A DNA stretch of 64,000 nucleotides. Origin: a virus (Duplodnaviria; Heunggongvirae; Uroviricota; Caudoviricetes). The stretch lies in IMG/VR virus record IMGVR_UViG_3300042402_002792, one strand, 5' to 3'. Positions 28,892-38,201 of this stretch are shown here, one piece after another. The notes beneath the pieces were generated by a model. That model saw nothing but the letters and a program-made list of their open reading frames with translations, ran no database searches and had not been told where the DNA came from. The position numbers and the translations under genes are program-made. How positions within the stretch are numbered: position 1 is the stretch's first letter; every line of letters begins with the position of its first letter.

Positions 28892-29567
28892 AGTTTGGGA
28901 TACGCTGATTAATATCCAGCAATTACTAGAAAGGAAGTTCAATGAAACAGGCACAGAAGTCTTTGAGACGGGTATGGATCGCTTCAATAGCCCTGGTTGG
29001 GTTAATCGTGTTTGGACCAGTAGCAGTTATCGTAGGGCTCACGTTGATGTTGTGGATGCTAGGGAGACCAAAGGTCTCTGGATGATGCATTGTTGTGTGT
29101 TCCCGCATACACACAATCCTGCTCCTATATTTGGTTTTGATGTTATTGCTGGCAAAAACAAAATTACAGGTTGTTTTATAGACTATAGTCCTGCAGGCGA
29201 TTCGGAGCATCCTATGTTAGAATGGTTTGCAGATGAATCTAACAAACTAGACTGGAACAAGAAACGTAAACTACCAGACTGGGCTGAGCGTATCTTTAGT
29301 TCTAGCATGATTGCCGCAGGTAATGTAAGTGATGAAACTGAATTAGCACAAATAGAAAGCCTTGCACAAACTGCTATCAATCATTATTTAGAAACTGTGG
29401 GCGAAACTAATCGCACAACAGATAACACAGCACATGAGCAAAACTACTATGCTCAGAATCAAAAAATGAATCCTCATACTCCTAAAGTTATGACTAGCTT
29501 AGGACTAAATGAGGAAGATGTTAGGGTCTTTATACAAGACTGTTTATTTCCTGAGATTAAATTATGA
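28881..29567 (+). CDS. Ferredoxin-dependent bilin reductase (PcyA/PcyX-like)
   Basis: RRAHV, HCCVFP, PIFGFD, LPDWAERIFS, Q..NPHT; adjacent to heme oxygenase. Confidence 0.85.
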   Translation: MQSKVWDTLINIQQLLERKFNETGTEVFETGMDRFNSPGWVNRVWTSSSYRRAHVDVVDARETKGLWMMHCCVFPHTHNPAPIFGFDVIAGKNKITGCFIDYSPAGDSEHPMLEWFADESNKLDWNKKRKLPDWAERIFSSSMIAAGNVSDETELAQIESLAQTAINHYLETVGETNRTTDNTAHEQNYYAQNQKMNPHTPKVMTSLGLNEEDVRVFIQDCLFPEIKL

Positions 29568-30223
29568 GTGATTTTACAAAAAATATTTTTGCTACACCAG
29601 TATACGCAGCAGTTAGTGATAATGTTGCTATCCAAGAACTTATTTGTAACCTATTGTACAAATGGAAAGAAGAAACCTTTGATAAAATGAAAGCATCGGG
29701 TGTTCCTATGAACGGGCTTATGAGCTATCATTGGGATCTTAACACAGAATCTAACAGCAGAACTGATTTTGAAAAATTTGGTATTACCACATTTTATACC
29801 GGTAATCTAGCAGAAAACCCAGAGTGGGCTCCAGTAGTACAGTTTATACAAAACGTATCTTCTGGACTCCTTGATAGCGATTATCAAGGAAAAATTGCAA
29901 TTACAAATATGTGGGCTACAATTTATCCTAAAGGTTCTTATGTTCCTGAGCACATACATAACAATAGCCTTTTTAGTGGTGTTTATTATGCTAAAGCTGA
30001 ACCTTATTGCGGTAATTTAGTATTCAAAGACCCTGCGTATGTGGCTAAAAGCATGAGTTCCAAAATTGCTAGTGGGTTTCCTACAGTACCTATTGTGCAT
30101 ACTCAAGAAGTTGAAAGCGGATTAATGACGCTATTTCCTAGTTGGCTTCCACATATGAGTCAGCCAAACGAGTCAGAATCTGACAGAATTATTGTAAGTT
30201 TTAATCTAGATTTTCCTAGTTGA
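29564..30223 (+). CDS. 2OG-Fe(II) oxygenase (TIGR02466-like)
   Basis: EHIHNNSLFSGVYY...LFPSWLPH...RIIVSFN. Confidence 0.85.
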   Translation: MSDFTKNIFATPVYAAVSDNVAIQELICNLLYKWKEETFDKMKASGVPMNGLMSYHWDLNTESNSRTDFEKFGITTFYTGNLAENPEWAPVVQFIQNVSSGLLDSDYQGKIAITNMWATIYPKGSYVPEHIHNNSLFSGVYYAKAEPYCGNLVFKDPAYVAKSMSSKIASGFPTVPIVHTQEVESGLMTLFPSWLPHMSQPNESESDRIIVSFNLDFPS

Positions 30224-30243
30224 TCTCTAATAAATAGTTAACT

Positions 30244-31866
30244 ATGAGATCACACGACTTTATCTTCGAAGCTAGCCTAGCACCAAAAACATTTTATAAG
30301 CGTGACCGCTTACAAAATTTAGTAAAACGTCTTGCTGAAAAAGACGATTTTATGACCACAGATGGCGAATATGTTAAAATACCTGTTACTAGAGATGAAT
30401 TAACATATTTGCGAGATCTTCTTAGAACAAACTATGATGCTCAAGGTAATGTTATTACCAACAAACGTATGCCAAACACTATCGGCGGAGTTCCTCTTAG
30501 TAAGTTAATGAAAACTAATGACTTTGGCGGCAAAGGCGGTATCGGAGCCAAAGGCGAAGCAGAAGGTAAAGCTAACATAGGGCCTACTACAGAAGCAATG
30601 AAAGCTATTGCTATCTTTACTAGACTAGTTAATAGAAATAAGCCATCTATTGATGTTAATGATTGGCGTCGAGTTGCTAGCATTATGAAAGATAATGCAA
30701 CAGATGTTCGAGAAAAAGGTAAAACTGTATCTACAACATCAAGCGAAATGTCTAAGAGAGTCTACGATGCTAGCAAGAAAGTTCAAGACATAATTAAGTT
30801 AAACATACAATTAAGCACACCACCTTTTCTACGTGCAGTTGATGTCAACGAAGCTGACAAACAAGCCTGGGGAACTCTACAGGGTATTATTAATTACGTA
30901 AATTCAGAATCGGATGTACAAAAATATAATAGATTCTTTACTAACAATAATAAACGAGATCCTTTAAACATTGGCGTAGTTGGTATAGGTGGAGACAAAG
31001 TAGACATTCTTGCTACTAGAACAGAACCAAACGGCGACGAAAGACCCTTAAGTCATTTAAGTATGAGTATTAAAGCGGGCAGTTCTATGTACGAACAATC
31101 AAGCGGTATGAATACTGAAGGTATTGAAAAACTCTATGATATATTAGGACTAGATCCTTTATCAGCAGCTGATGCTATGAGAGCCACAGGTTTTGTAAGC
31201 AAAGATAAGAAAAAAGAAGATACACCTGAACAAGCAAAGGCTCGAGTTGCAGCAGTTCAAGAAATTTATCAAATATTAGGTATGCAGTTAGAAACTTACA
31301 TTAATTCAAAAAATGATAACGGTGAAGCTGACTACATTCAAACTTTTTTAGGTAAACTAAAAAACAGTATTCAAGGTGATCAACGATTAGTATATGTAAA
31401 CTTTGATGCAAGAGGTACATATAATAAATTAAATCCGCAGGTTATTGATATTTTAGCCAAACATATCGATCTAGGTGTTACTGTAGATATGGAGTCTAAG
31501 TCTACACCTTATATCTATATCATAGATAAAATTAGCGGCAAACCTATTATTCACATACGATTAGCAATACTAAAATCGGGTAGAATGACTAATACATTTG
31601 AATTAGACTATCTACTAGATTTAGTGCGTGATGCGTTGAAAAAGAACAATGCTGCTACAGCTCAAACTCAGCAGCAACCAGCAGTATCTACTGATACTAA
31701 AACGCAACAACCAGCAGTATCTACACAAGAAAAACCTATTAATTTAGGCCCTACAGATGCAGAACCTGGTAAAGTACCTACAAAAACCAAAACTGGTCCA
31801 AAAAACAAACCTGTTGCAACAACACCTGTTTCGGATATTGAAGACGAAGCGCCAGTAAAAGTATAG
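30244..31866 (+). CDS. Large hypothetical, probable virion-internal protein (540 aa)
   Basis: N-terminus MRSHDFIFE; TAAATA promoter; Q/P/T-rich tail with a short tandem repeat QQPAVST x2. Confidence 0.65.
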   Translation: MRSHDFIFEASLAPKTFYKRDRLQNLVKRLAEKDDFMTTDGEYVKIPVTRDELTYLRDLLRTNYDAQGNVITNKRMPNTIGGVPLSKLMKTNDFGGKGGIGAKGEAEGKANIGPTTEAMKAIAIFTRLVNRNKPSIDVNDWRRVASIMKDNATDVREKGKTVSTTSSEMSKRVYDASKKVQDIIKLNIQLSTPPFLRAVDVNEADKQAWGTLQGIINYVNSESDVQKYNRFFTNNNKRDPLNIGVVGIGGDKVDILATRTEPNGDERPLSHLSMSIKAGSSMYEQSSGMNTEGIEKLYDILGLDPLSAADAMRATGFVSKDKKKEDTPEQAKARVAAVQEIYQILGMQLETYINSKNDNGEADYIQTFLGKLKNSIQGDQRLVYVNFDARGTYNKLNPQVIDILAKHIDLGVTVDMESKSTPYIYIIDKISGKPIIHIRLAILKSGRMTNTFELDYLLDLVRDALKKNNAATAQTQQQPAVSTDTKTQQPAVSTQEKPINLGPTDAEPGKVPTKTKTGPKNKPVATTPVSDIEDEAPVKV

Positions 31867-31899
31867 TTTTATTCCTTTAAAGCTATATAAATAGCATAC

Positions 31900-32268
31900 A
31901 TGGAAATATTAGCACTTTTATTCCTTTTTCAAATCAAGCACTGGTACGCTGATTTTAAGATCCAAACCTACATGCAGACTGTTAAGAAAGGCGTGTGGTT
32001 AGATCCTATCGGCATAAGCCATACTGTTGATCATATATGGACAACGTTAGTTGTTCTAATGATTTTTAATTTCTTTCATCCTATTCCAGCATTTACGATT
32101 ATTGCAGTAGCCGTATTAGAAGGTTTCTATCATTACATGATAGATTACACTAAAGTAAAATACGGATGTAAAGACAACACAAAACCACTATTTTGGAATC
32201 AATTTGGCCTAGATCAACTAGCGCATCAAACATCGTATCTAGCCATAGTATGGTATATACTACTTTAA
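31900..32268 (+). CDS. DUF3307 family membrane protein
   Basis: KHWYADF, HYMIDYTK, LDQLAH. Confidence 0.8.
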   Translation: MEILALLFLFQIKHWYADFKIQTYMQTVKKGVWLDPIGISHTVDHIWTTLVVLMIFNFFHPIPAFTIIAVAVLEGFYHYMIDYTKVKYGCKDNTKPLFWNQFGLDQLAHQTSYLAIVWYILL

Positions 32269-32332
32269 CCTAGTAGATAATTATCTTTTTATACGACTTA
32301 AATACTTAGGTAAAATCTCAAGGAGCGAACCA

Positions 32333-32812
32333 ATGAGAAACATCCTAGTATCAGTCAGTCTGATATTATTAGCTACTGCGGCTCATGCAGAATTAGTACA
32401 TCAATTTAAAAATCCAGCCTTTAGCGGCATTGGATTCAGCAGTCACGTTTTAACTATCGACAGTATTGAAAAAAGTCGTCGTGACGCTATCGAAGCAGAC
32501 AAAAAAGCAGCTATTGCCAAAGCAGAAGCTGAACTGCTAAACACACCTTTGAATAGATTTATGAGTCTATTCCAAAGTCAAGTATATGCTCAACTGGCAA
32601 CACAGTTAAGTAATAACCTATTTCAAAATCGTTGTGCAGCACCAGATGGCACTGCTATCCCAGGTTGTGTAAATCCAACAACTGGTACATTCGTCTTAGA
32701 CGGTAACACAGTTACATGGGTTAAAGCAAATGATAAAGTCACGCTGACAGTAGTAGATGCCAAGGGCACAAAGACTACTGTTGTAGTACCTATTGCTAGT
32801 TTCGGTTTTTAA
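32333..32812 (+). CDS. csgF: Curli assembly CsgF-like protein
   Basis: Signal peptide then ELVHQFKNPAFSG. Confidence 0.75.
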   Translation: MRNILVSVSLILLATAAHAELVHQFKNPAFSGIGFSSHVLTIDSIEKSRRDAIEADKKAAIAKAEAELLNTPLNRFMSLFQSQVYAQLATQLSNNLFQNRCAAPDGTAIPGCVNPTTGTFVLDGNTVTWVKANDKVTLTVVDAKGTKTTVVVPIASFGF

Positions 32813-32822
32813 GGAGTAAAGA

Positions 32823-33767
32823 ATGAAAGCAATTAAATTATCCTTAATCACACTAGCCGTAGTAGCCCTAACAGGTTGTTCAACTGTTCGTCCATGGGGC
32901 GATGTAAAGATCAAAGAAGAAGCTCGAGTCAGCGAAACTATTAACAAGAGTTTTAGTGTTATTCCAGCACCGGCAGGTCCAGCAGTTACAGTGGCGGTAT
33001 ATGGATTTAAAGACCTAACAGGACAGCGTAAACCAAGTAGTACATTGAGCTTGTTTAGTACAGCAGTCACACAAGGTGCAGAAGCATACTTGATTAAGAG
33101 TTTACAAGAAGTTGGTAACCGTCAATGGTTCTCAGTTGTTGAACGTGTTGGCCTAGACAACTTGTTGAAAGAGCGTCAGATGATCAAACAGACACGTGAG
33201 ATCTACGAGGGAGCAAATGCTAAACCTTTACCTCCACTACAAATGGCAGGTGTTATTCTAGAAGGCGGCATTATTGATTATAACAGCAATACACTAACAG
33301 GTGGAACGGGCGCACGTTGGTTAGGTATTGGAGCACAAACAGCTTACACTCAAGACGTAGTTGTAATTAGTCTACGTTTAGTGAGTGTACAAACTGGGGA
33401 AGTTTTAACTACCGTTACAGTAGAAAAGAACTTGCTCAGCACCGCCGATGGCGCCACTGCGTTGAAGTTTTTCAATCAGGCAACACGAGCATTTGAATTT
33501 GATTCAAGTCAGACATTTAATGAGCCTGGCAACTATGCCCTACGTTCAGCTATCGAAACAGCAGTTATTGAGTTAATTAATAAAGGCGAGCGTCAAGGCT
33601 TATGGAAATTCAAGGAGAAACCTAATGAGTTGGTTCAAAAGGAAACCCCACGTGAAGGAGCCGCCAAAGCTCCATCCTCATCACCACAGTCCGATATCGG
33701 AAAGCGTGATGAAGGAAGCAAAGAAAAGAGTAGCTGGAGAAAACTCCAGTTCTGGAAAAAAGACTAA
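32823..33767 (+). CDS. csgG: Curli secretion channel CsgG lipoprotein
   Basis: Lipobox LTGC; VYGFKDLTGQRK, STAVTQG, VERVGLDNLLKERQ, EGGIIDY. Confidence 0.93.
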   Translation: MKAIKLSLITLAVVALTGCSTVRPWGDVKIKEEARVSETINKSFSVIPAPAGPAVTVAVYGFKDLTGQRKPSSTLSLFSTAVTQGAEAYLIKSLQEVGNRQWFSVVERVGLDNLLKERQMIKQTREIYEGANAKPLPPLQMAGVILEGGIIDYNSNTLTGGTGARWLGIGAQTAYTQDVVVISLRLVSVQTGEVLTTVTVEKNLLSTADGATALKFFNQATRAFEFDSSQTFNEPGNYALRSAIETAVIELINKGERQGLWKFKEKPNELVQKETPREGAAKAPSSSPQSDIGKRDEGSKEKSSWRKLQFWKKD

Positions 33768-33795
33768 ATCGGGTAATACCGGGAGCGAAAAATGA
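33625..33795 (+). CDS. Candidate overprinted 56-aa basic ORF inside the csgG 3' end
   Basis: AAGGAG SD, ATG 33625, stop TGA coupled to the next ATG (ATGA). Confidence 0.35.
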   Translation: MSWFKRKPHVKEPPKLHPHHHSPISESVMKEAKKRVAGENSSSGKKTKSGNTGSEK

Positions 33796-34580
33796 AACAA
33801 ACAATAATAACAATTCTACTAGCAGCGGCATTTCCAGTAATGGCCCAGACCGCTGTGTCAGCACCAGCTGCACCTACAATCCCTGCAATGGCTACAGTTA
33901 GCCCTAACGCAACAGCCGCACTGGCCATTGCTACAACTAACCGTATCTTCATTGACCAAAGCGGTGACGATCCCAACGTCAATATGACACAAGATGGCAC
34001 TGGTAACAAAGCAGGTAGTTCTGCTCGTCCAGTGTATCTACGTGGTATCGATCAAACTATCGTTACTAAGCAGATCGGTGTTAGCAATGAAATCATGTTA
34101 GAAGCAGTTAACGATACAACTGGCACTGGCAAAGGTGTTACTATCACTGTTCAGCAGATTGGTGATAGTAATAAAGTTGATGCTGCCTGCGGTTATGGCA
34201 CAGCTTCAACAGGTGGTACTGCCCTAACAGGTTGTAATGCTGCTGACCTAAACTGGAAGTTCACTGGCGACAGCAACGACTTTCAATTCCGTGGTACAGG
34301 TGCTGATCTAAAGAGTGCTGTTGATGTAACAGGTGACAGCAACGTATTCCGTATTGATGCTATCGGTGACAAGCACACACAAACTATCAAAGTAGCAGGC
34401 GACACTAACACATTCAACATCAATCAACGTTCAACTGGTGCAGCTGGTTCTAGCATTTGGGTTGACCTAACTGGTAACAGCAATACATTGACAATGAGCC
34501 AGACTGGTACTATTGACAATGTTATCAATATCAAGAGTGTGAGCAACAGCGGCACATTCAATATCACACAGAAGAACTAA
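33792..34580 (+). CDS. Secreted curlin-repeat protein (CsgA/CsgB-like)
   Basis: Signal peptide; repeated xQxGxxN rungs (IDQSG, TQDGTGN, KQIGVSN, QQIGDSN, SQTG). Confidence 0.75.
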   Translation: MKQTIITILLAAAFPVMAQTAVSAPAAPTIPAMATVSPNATAALAIATTNRIFIDQSGDDPNVNMTQDGTGNKAGSSARPVYLRGIDQTIVTKQIGVSNEIMLEAVNDTTGTGKGVTITVQQIGDSNKVDAACGYGTASTGGTALTGCNAADLNWKFTGDSNDFQFRGTGADLKSAVDVTGDSNVFRIDAIGDKHTQTIKVAGDTNTFNINQRSTGAAGSSIWVDLTGNSNTLTMSQTGTIDNVINIKSVSNSGTFNITQKN

Positions 34581-34589
34581 GGAGCGGCA

Positions 34590-35765
34590 ATGAGAGTTGC
34601 TGCTCTTATCATAGGCTTGATAACAGCCTTTTCAGCTTGGGCAGACATTGGATCTGTCACTGAAGCCTCAGGTACGGCTGTTATCAAACGTGGTAAAGAC
34701 ACTATTCAAATAGTCAAAGGCACAGAGATTAAAACCAATGACAAGGTCGAGACTAAGAATGGTAAGGTTAAGATCGTTTTTAAAGACGATACAAACGTTA
34801 CAGTCACTGAGTCGAGTAGCCTTGTTATCGACGATTTTGTATATGATCCCAAAAGTGGCGCTGGTAAGTTAGGGCTCAAAGCGGCCGCAGGCACTGTGCG
34901 TTATGTATCAGGTGCTATTGCCAAAGACCCTAAGAATGTAAAAATCAACACACCCACAGCAGCCATTGCTGTTCGTGGCACAGACTTTGTCATGGCTGTT
35001 AGCGAAACTGGCAGCAGTATGATCATGTTGATGCCCACTTGCGAAATAGAACAAAATATAAACTTAAAAGGTATGACCTGTGGTAGTGGTGCTATTGATG
35101 TAGAAACACCAGCGGGCATTGTTAAACTTAACCGTCCTTATCAAGCTACCTTAGTTGAAACATTAAATGGCATGCCTAGTCCTGCTGTAGTCGTTGCACT
35201 TAATGGTATGGCTATTGGTAACAACCTAATGGTTAATCCACCTAAGACAACTACGGGTGTTAGCGTTATTGCTGCTGCTCGTGCAGCCGCAGAAAAGACT
35301 GGCGATGCTAAGAAAGATTCTCGTGACAAGCGTGACGAAAAAGATGACAAAGACGATGCTAAAGATAGTGAAAAGCAACATGTAGCAGGCAAGCAAGAAG
35401 GTGGCGGTAATCGATCTTATAGACAAGGTCGTAGCGCCAACGAAAGCGATGAAGATACTGCTAACGGAACTAAAGTAGGATTAGATACTGCTAGCAACAA
35501 AGATGCCCTAGCTAATGAAGTAGCTGCTACCGGCGATACAGAAAATCCTTATGTTAAGAAACTGTTTAAAGATAAAAGTGAAACACAGCAAGTTGGCTGG
35601 TTGTATGAGAGCCTGAGTCCAAATAGTCGCAACTATGCTAACGTGGTTATGCCCATGAACACCCAAGTTCAAGTAATAGTAACACAAGATATGCAGACTA
35701 ACAGCTGGAACTTTTCAGCAGGTAAAGCCATAGGACAGATTGTTATCAATCAGAACTACAGATGA
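34590..35765 (+). CDS. FecR-domain protein
   Basis: Signal peptide; IVFKDDTNVTV, INTPTAAIAVRGTDF. Confidence 0.85.
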   Translation: MRVAALIIGLITAFSAWADIGSVTEASGTAVIKRGKDTIQIVKGTEIKTNDKVETKNGKVKIVFKDDTNVTVTESSSLVIDDFVYDPKSGAGKLGLKAAAGTVRYVSGAIAKDPKNVKINTPTAAIAVRGTDFVMAVSETGSSMIMLMPTCEIEQNINLKGMTCGSGAIDVETPAGIVKLNRPYQATLVETLNGMPSPAVVVALNGMAIGNNLMVNPPKTTTGVSVIAAARAAAEKTGDAKKDSRDKRDEKDDKDDAKDSEKQHVAGKQEGGGNRSYRQGRSANESDEDTANGTKVGLDTASNKDALANEVAATGDTENPYVKKLFKDKSETQQVGWLYESLSPNSRNYANVVMPMNTQVQVIVTQDMQTNSWNFSAGKAIGQIVINQNYR

Positions 35766-37681
35766 AAAAGATATTATTTGCTTTGATGTTTTTATGCTCT
35801 AATGCATTTGGAGCAATTACTGATTTGAAACTTAGTACTGCACAAATATTTGACGTGCAATGGAATGTGTCAGGCGGAAGTGGCTGCGGCTATTACAATC
35901 TTGCTCCTTGTACATCTCTAAGTGCTTCAAATTTTGTTGCACCGTATGCAAGTACTGGACCGTATGCCTACGGGCATCCTTCTTTAAGTTCTGGACAATA
36001 CTACGCATTTTTTGCCAGCACAACTAATCCTGGATTATATGGAATGGGGGTCTACAACTCTAACGGAACCCTAGCCTATGTTGTACACGATTACGGAACT
36101 ATTAGTAAGTTAGGCCCTACTGGATTATTTTATCAAGGTGGGAATACAGACCCCAATTCTGCAGGAGGATATGGAACAGTTATTACTACCTCAACTGGAT
36201 ATTCTTACGGCAGCAGTGCAACATTATCTTTGAGTAGCGGGACTCCAACTTCTTCAGAATTAAATAATTATACTCCGCCAAGTTCAACTCCTCTAGCAGC
36301 TGGTCAAACGGCCGCGCCTGCTACTCCTACAGTTAATTGGCAAACAGTTAACACTAACAGTAATCCTGTTGTTATCAGCAACATCTATCCCACTAGTTAT
36401 AATAGCCCAGGCGGTGAAGGTGCAGCTAATGCTTTTGACGGTAATCCCTACACCAAGTACCTAAACTTTGACAAAGCCAACGCAGGTGTTACAGTTAAAC
36501 TAAGTCAAGGCCGTGTAGTTCAAAAGTTTACCATTACCACTGCCAATGACTTTTCAGGTCGTGATCCTACTAGCTATAAACTATACGGATCAAATGATGG
36601 TGTTACCTGGACATTGATTAAACAGGATTCACTAAGTCTAAGTGAGTCGAGATACTGGACCAGCCCTGAGATACAGACGGGCAACACTACTGCTTATGTA
36701 TATTACTTTATTCTATTCCCTACTACCAAAGCAGGACAAGGCTGCGGCCTAAACTGTGATAGTATGCAGATTGGCGAAGTTACCTACTACTATGATCTTA
36801 ATGATGGTGTAACTTCAACAGCTACAGGTTCAGGTGGCACACCTAGTAACCCAGGACAAGCAGGCAGCGTATGTGCTGACTGTGCTCCTACATGGCCTTC
36901 AACTAGCGAAATCACCGTGGGACAAACAACACAGCGCAACTCAGCAAAGAGCCGTGTAAGTAATGTAACATTAGGTAATCACTTATACATTGAACAAAAG
37001 ATTGGCAGTAGCAGTAACTCAGTGACCGTTGAACAAACTGGCAACTATAATAAGATAGCAGGCCTAGGTGGTAATACCTATGCAGTCATCGATGGTGACA
37101 ACAACACGGTCAACATCAAACAAGGCGATACACTAGGTAAGAACTTGATTGAGTTTTCAGTTACAGGTAACAGCAATAATGTCACTGTATGGCAAGCACG
37201 TAATCCTACTACTAGCCTGCAAGATGGTAACGAGTCAGGCGGACACTACGCTGGCATAAACATTGCAGGCAGCACTAATACACTGAGTGTAAAACAAAGC
37301 AATGACGGTGGATCTACTAGTGGACACTTTGCCTATGTTGATGTCACTGGCACAGGTAATACCGCTACACTAAAACAAACAGGCAATGGTGAGAAAACAT
37401 TCTTTGGAGTAATCAATGGCAACACTAATGTGTTCGATGTTACACAACAAGGCAGCGGTAGTTATCTTGATCTGAGTTTAACCGGCACAGGACACAATGT
37501 CACAGCTAACCAAAAAGATGCAGGCAGTCACAAGGCCACTATCAACTTAACCAATGCAGGTGGTGCTAGTAATGTTACCCTAGTTCAACAAGGTGCCACG
37601 GCACAGAACGTCAACATCACTCAACAGTGTGCTACACTAAGCGGTTGCACTGTTTCAGTGACACAAGGCACAGGTCCTTAA
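35762..37681 (+). CDS. Secreted protein: discoidin/F5/8-like domain plus C-terminal curlin repeats
   Basis: NAFDGNPYTKY..ANDFSGRDP..LYGSNDG; many QxGxxN repeats after about aa 400. Confidence 0.75.
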   Translation: MKKILFALMFLCSNAFGAITDLKLSTAQIFDVQWNVSGGSGCGYYNLAPCTSLSASNFVAPYASTGPYAYGHPSLSSGQYYAFFASTTNPGLYGMGVYNSNGTLAYVVHDYGTISKLGPTGLFYQGGNTDPNSAGGYGTVITTSTGYSYGSSATLSLSSGTPTSSELNNYTPPSSTPLAAGQTAAPATPTVNWQTVNTNSNPVVISNIYPTSYNSPGGEGAANAFDGNPYTKYLNFDKANAGVTVKLSQGRVVQKFTITTANDFSGRDPTSYKLYGSNDGVTWTLIKQDSLSLSESRYWTSPEIQTGNTTAYVYYFILFPTTKAGQGCGLNCDSMQIGEVTYYYDLNDGVTSTATGSGGTPSNPGQAGSVCADCAPTWPSTSEITVGQTTQRNSAKSRVSNVTLGNHLYIEQKIGSSSNSVTVEQTGNYNKIAGLGGNTYAVIDGDNNTVNIKQGDTLGKNLIEFSVTGNSNNVTVWQARNPTTSLQDGNESGGHYAGINIAGSTNTLSVKQSNDGGSTSGHFAYVDVTGTGNTATLKQTGNGEKTFFGVINGNTNVFDVTQQGSGSYLDLSLTGTGHNVTANQKDAGSHKATINLTNAGGASNVTLVQQGATAQNVNITQQCATLSGCTVSVTQGTGP

Positions 37682-37682
37682 C

Positions 37683-38171
37683 ATGTTTGATCCTGTTACA
37701 ATCGGTGTTGCCTTTGTAACTGCACAGAAAACAGTAGGGTATATCAAGCAGGCAGTTGCTCTGGGCAAAGATGTTAACAGTCTATACAAACAGTTCAGCA
37801 GTTTCTTTGTCAACTGCGATACTGTTCACAGTGCCAGTGTAGCACTGAAAGAAAAAGCAGACAAGTCTATGCTTACAGACGGGCAGATTCGAGCTCAGGC
37901 ACTGCAAATAGCCATGCACAGCAAAGCACTACGTGAAGCTGAGAAAGAGCTAAAGGACATGCTGATATGGTCGGGCAACAAAGATGTCTGGGACGAGATG
38001 ATGGCTGAACGTGTGCGTATGTATAAAGAACGTGCTGCTCTTGAAAAACGCCTCAAAGAAACTAAAGCCAAAGCTCATGCCGACATGATTGATCGTGTGA
38101 TAATGGGCATCAGCACCTTGGCCATAAGTGTGCCTGCGGTGTTAGGTGGGTTCACTGCACTAATAAGATAA
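37683..38171 (+). CDS. Hypothetical helical protein with C-terminal TM
   Basis: ORF track. Confidence 0.7.
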   Translation: MFDPVTIGVAFVTAQKTVGYIKQAVALGKDVNSLYKQFSSFFVNCDTVHSASVALKEKADKSMLTDGQIRAQALQIAMHSKALREAEKELKDMLIWSGNKDVWDEMMAERVRMYKERAALEKRLKETKAKAHADMIDRVIMGISTLAISVPAVLGGFTALIR

Positions 38172-38201
38172 TTCCCCCACTAAAAACTTGGTAAATATTA
38201 G

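Noticed and set aside
31666-31730. Short tandem repeat (CAACCAGCAGTATCTAC x2) in the 540-aa gene
   Set aside because: Simple duplication in a low-complexity linker (QQPAVST); no sign of a DGR or phase-variation role
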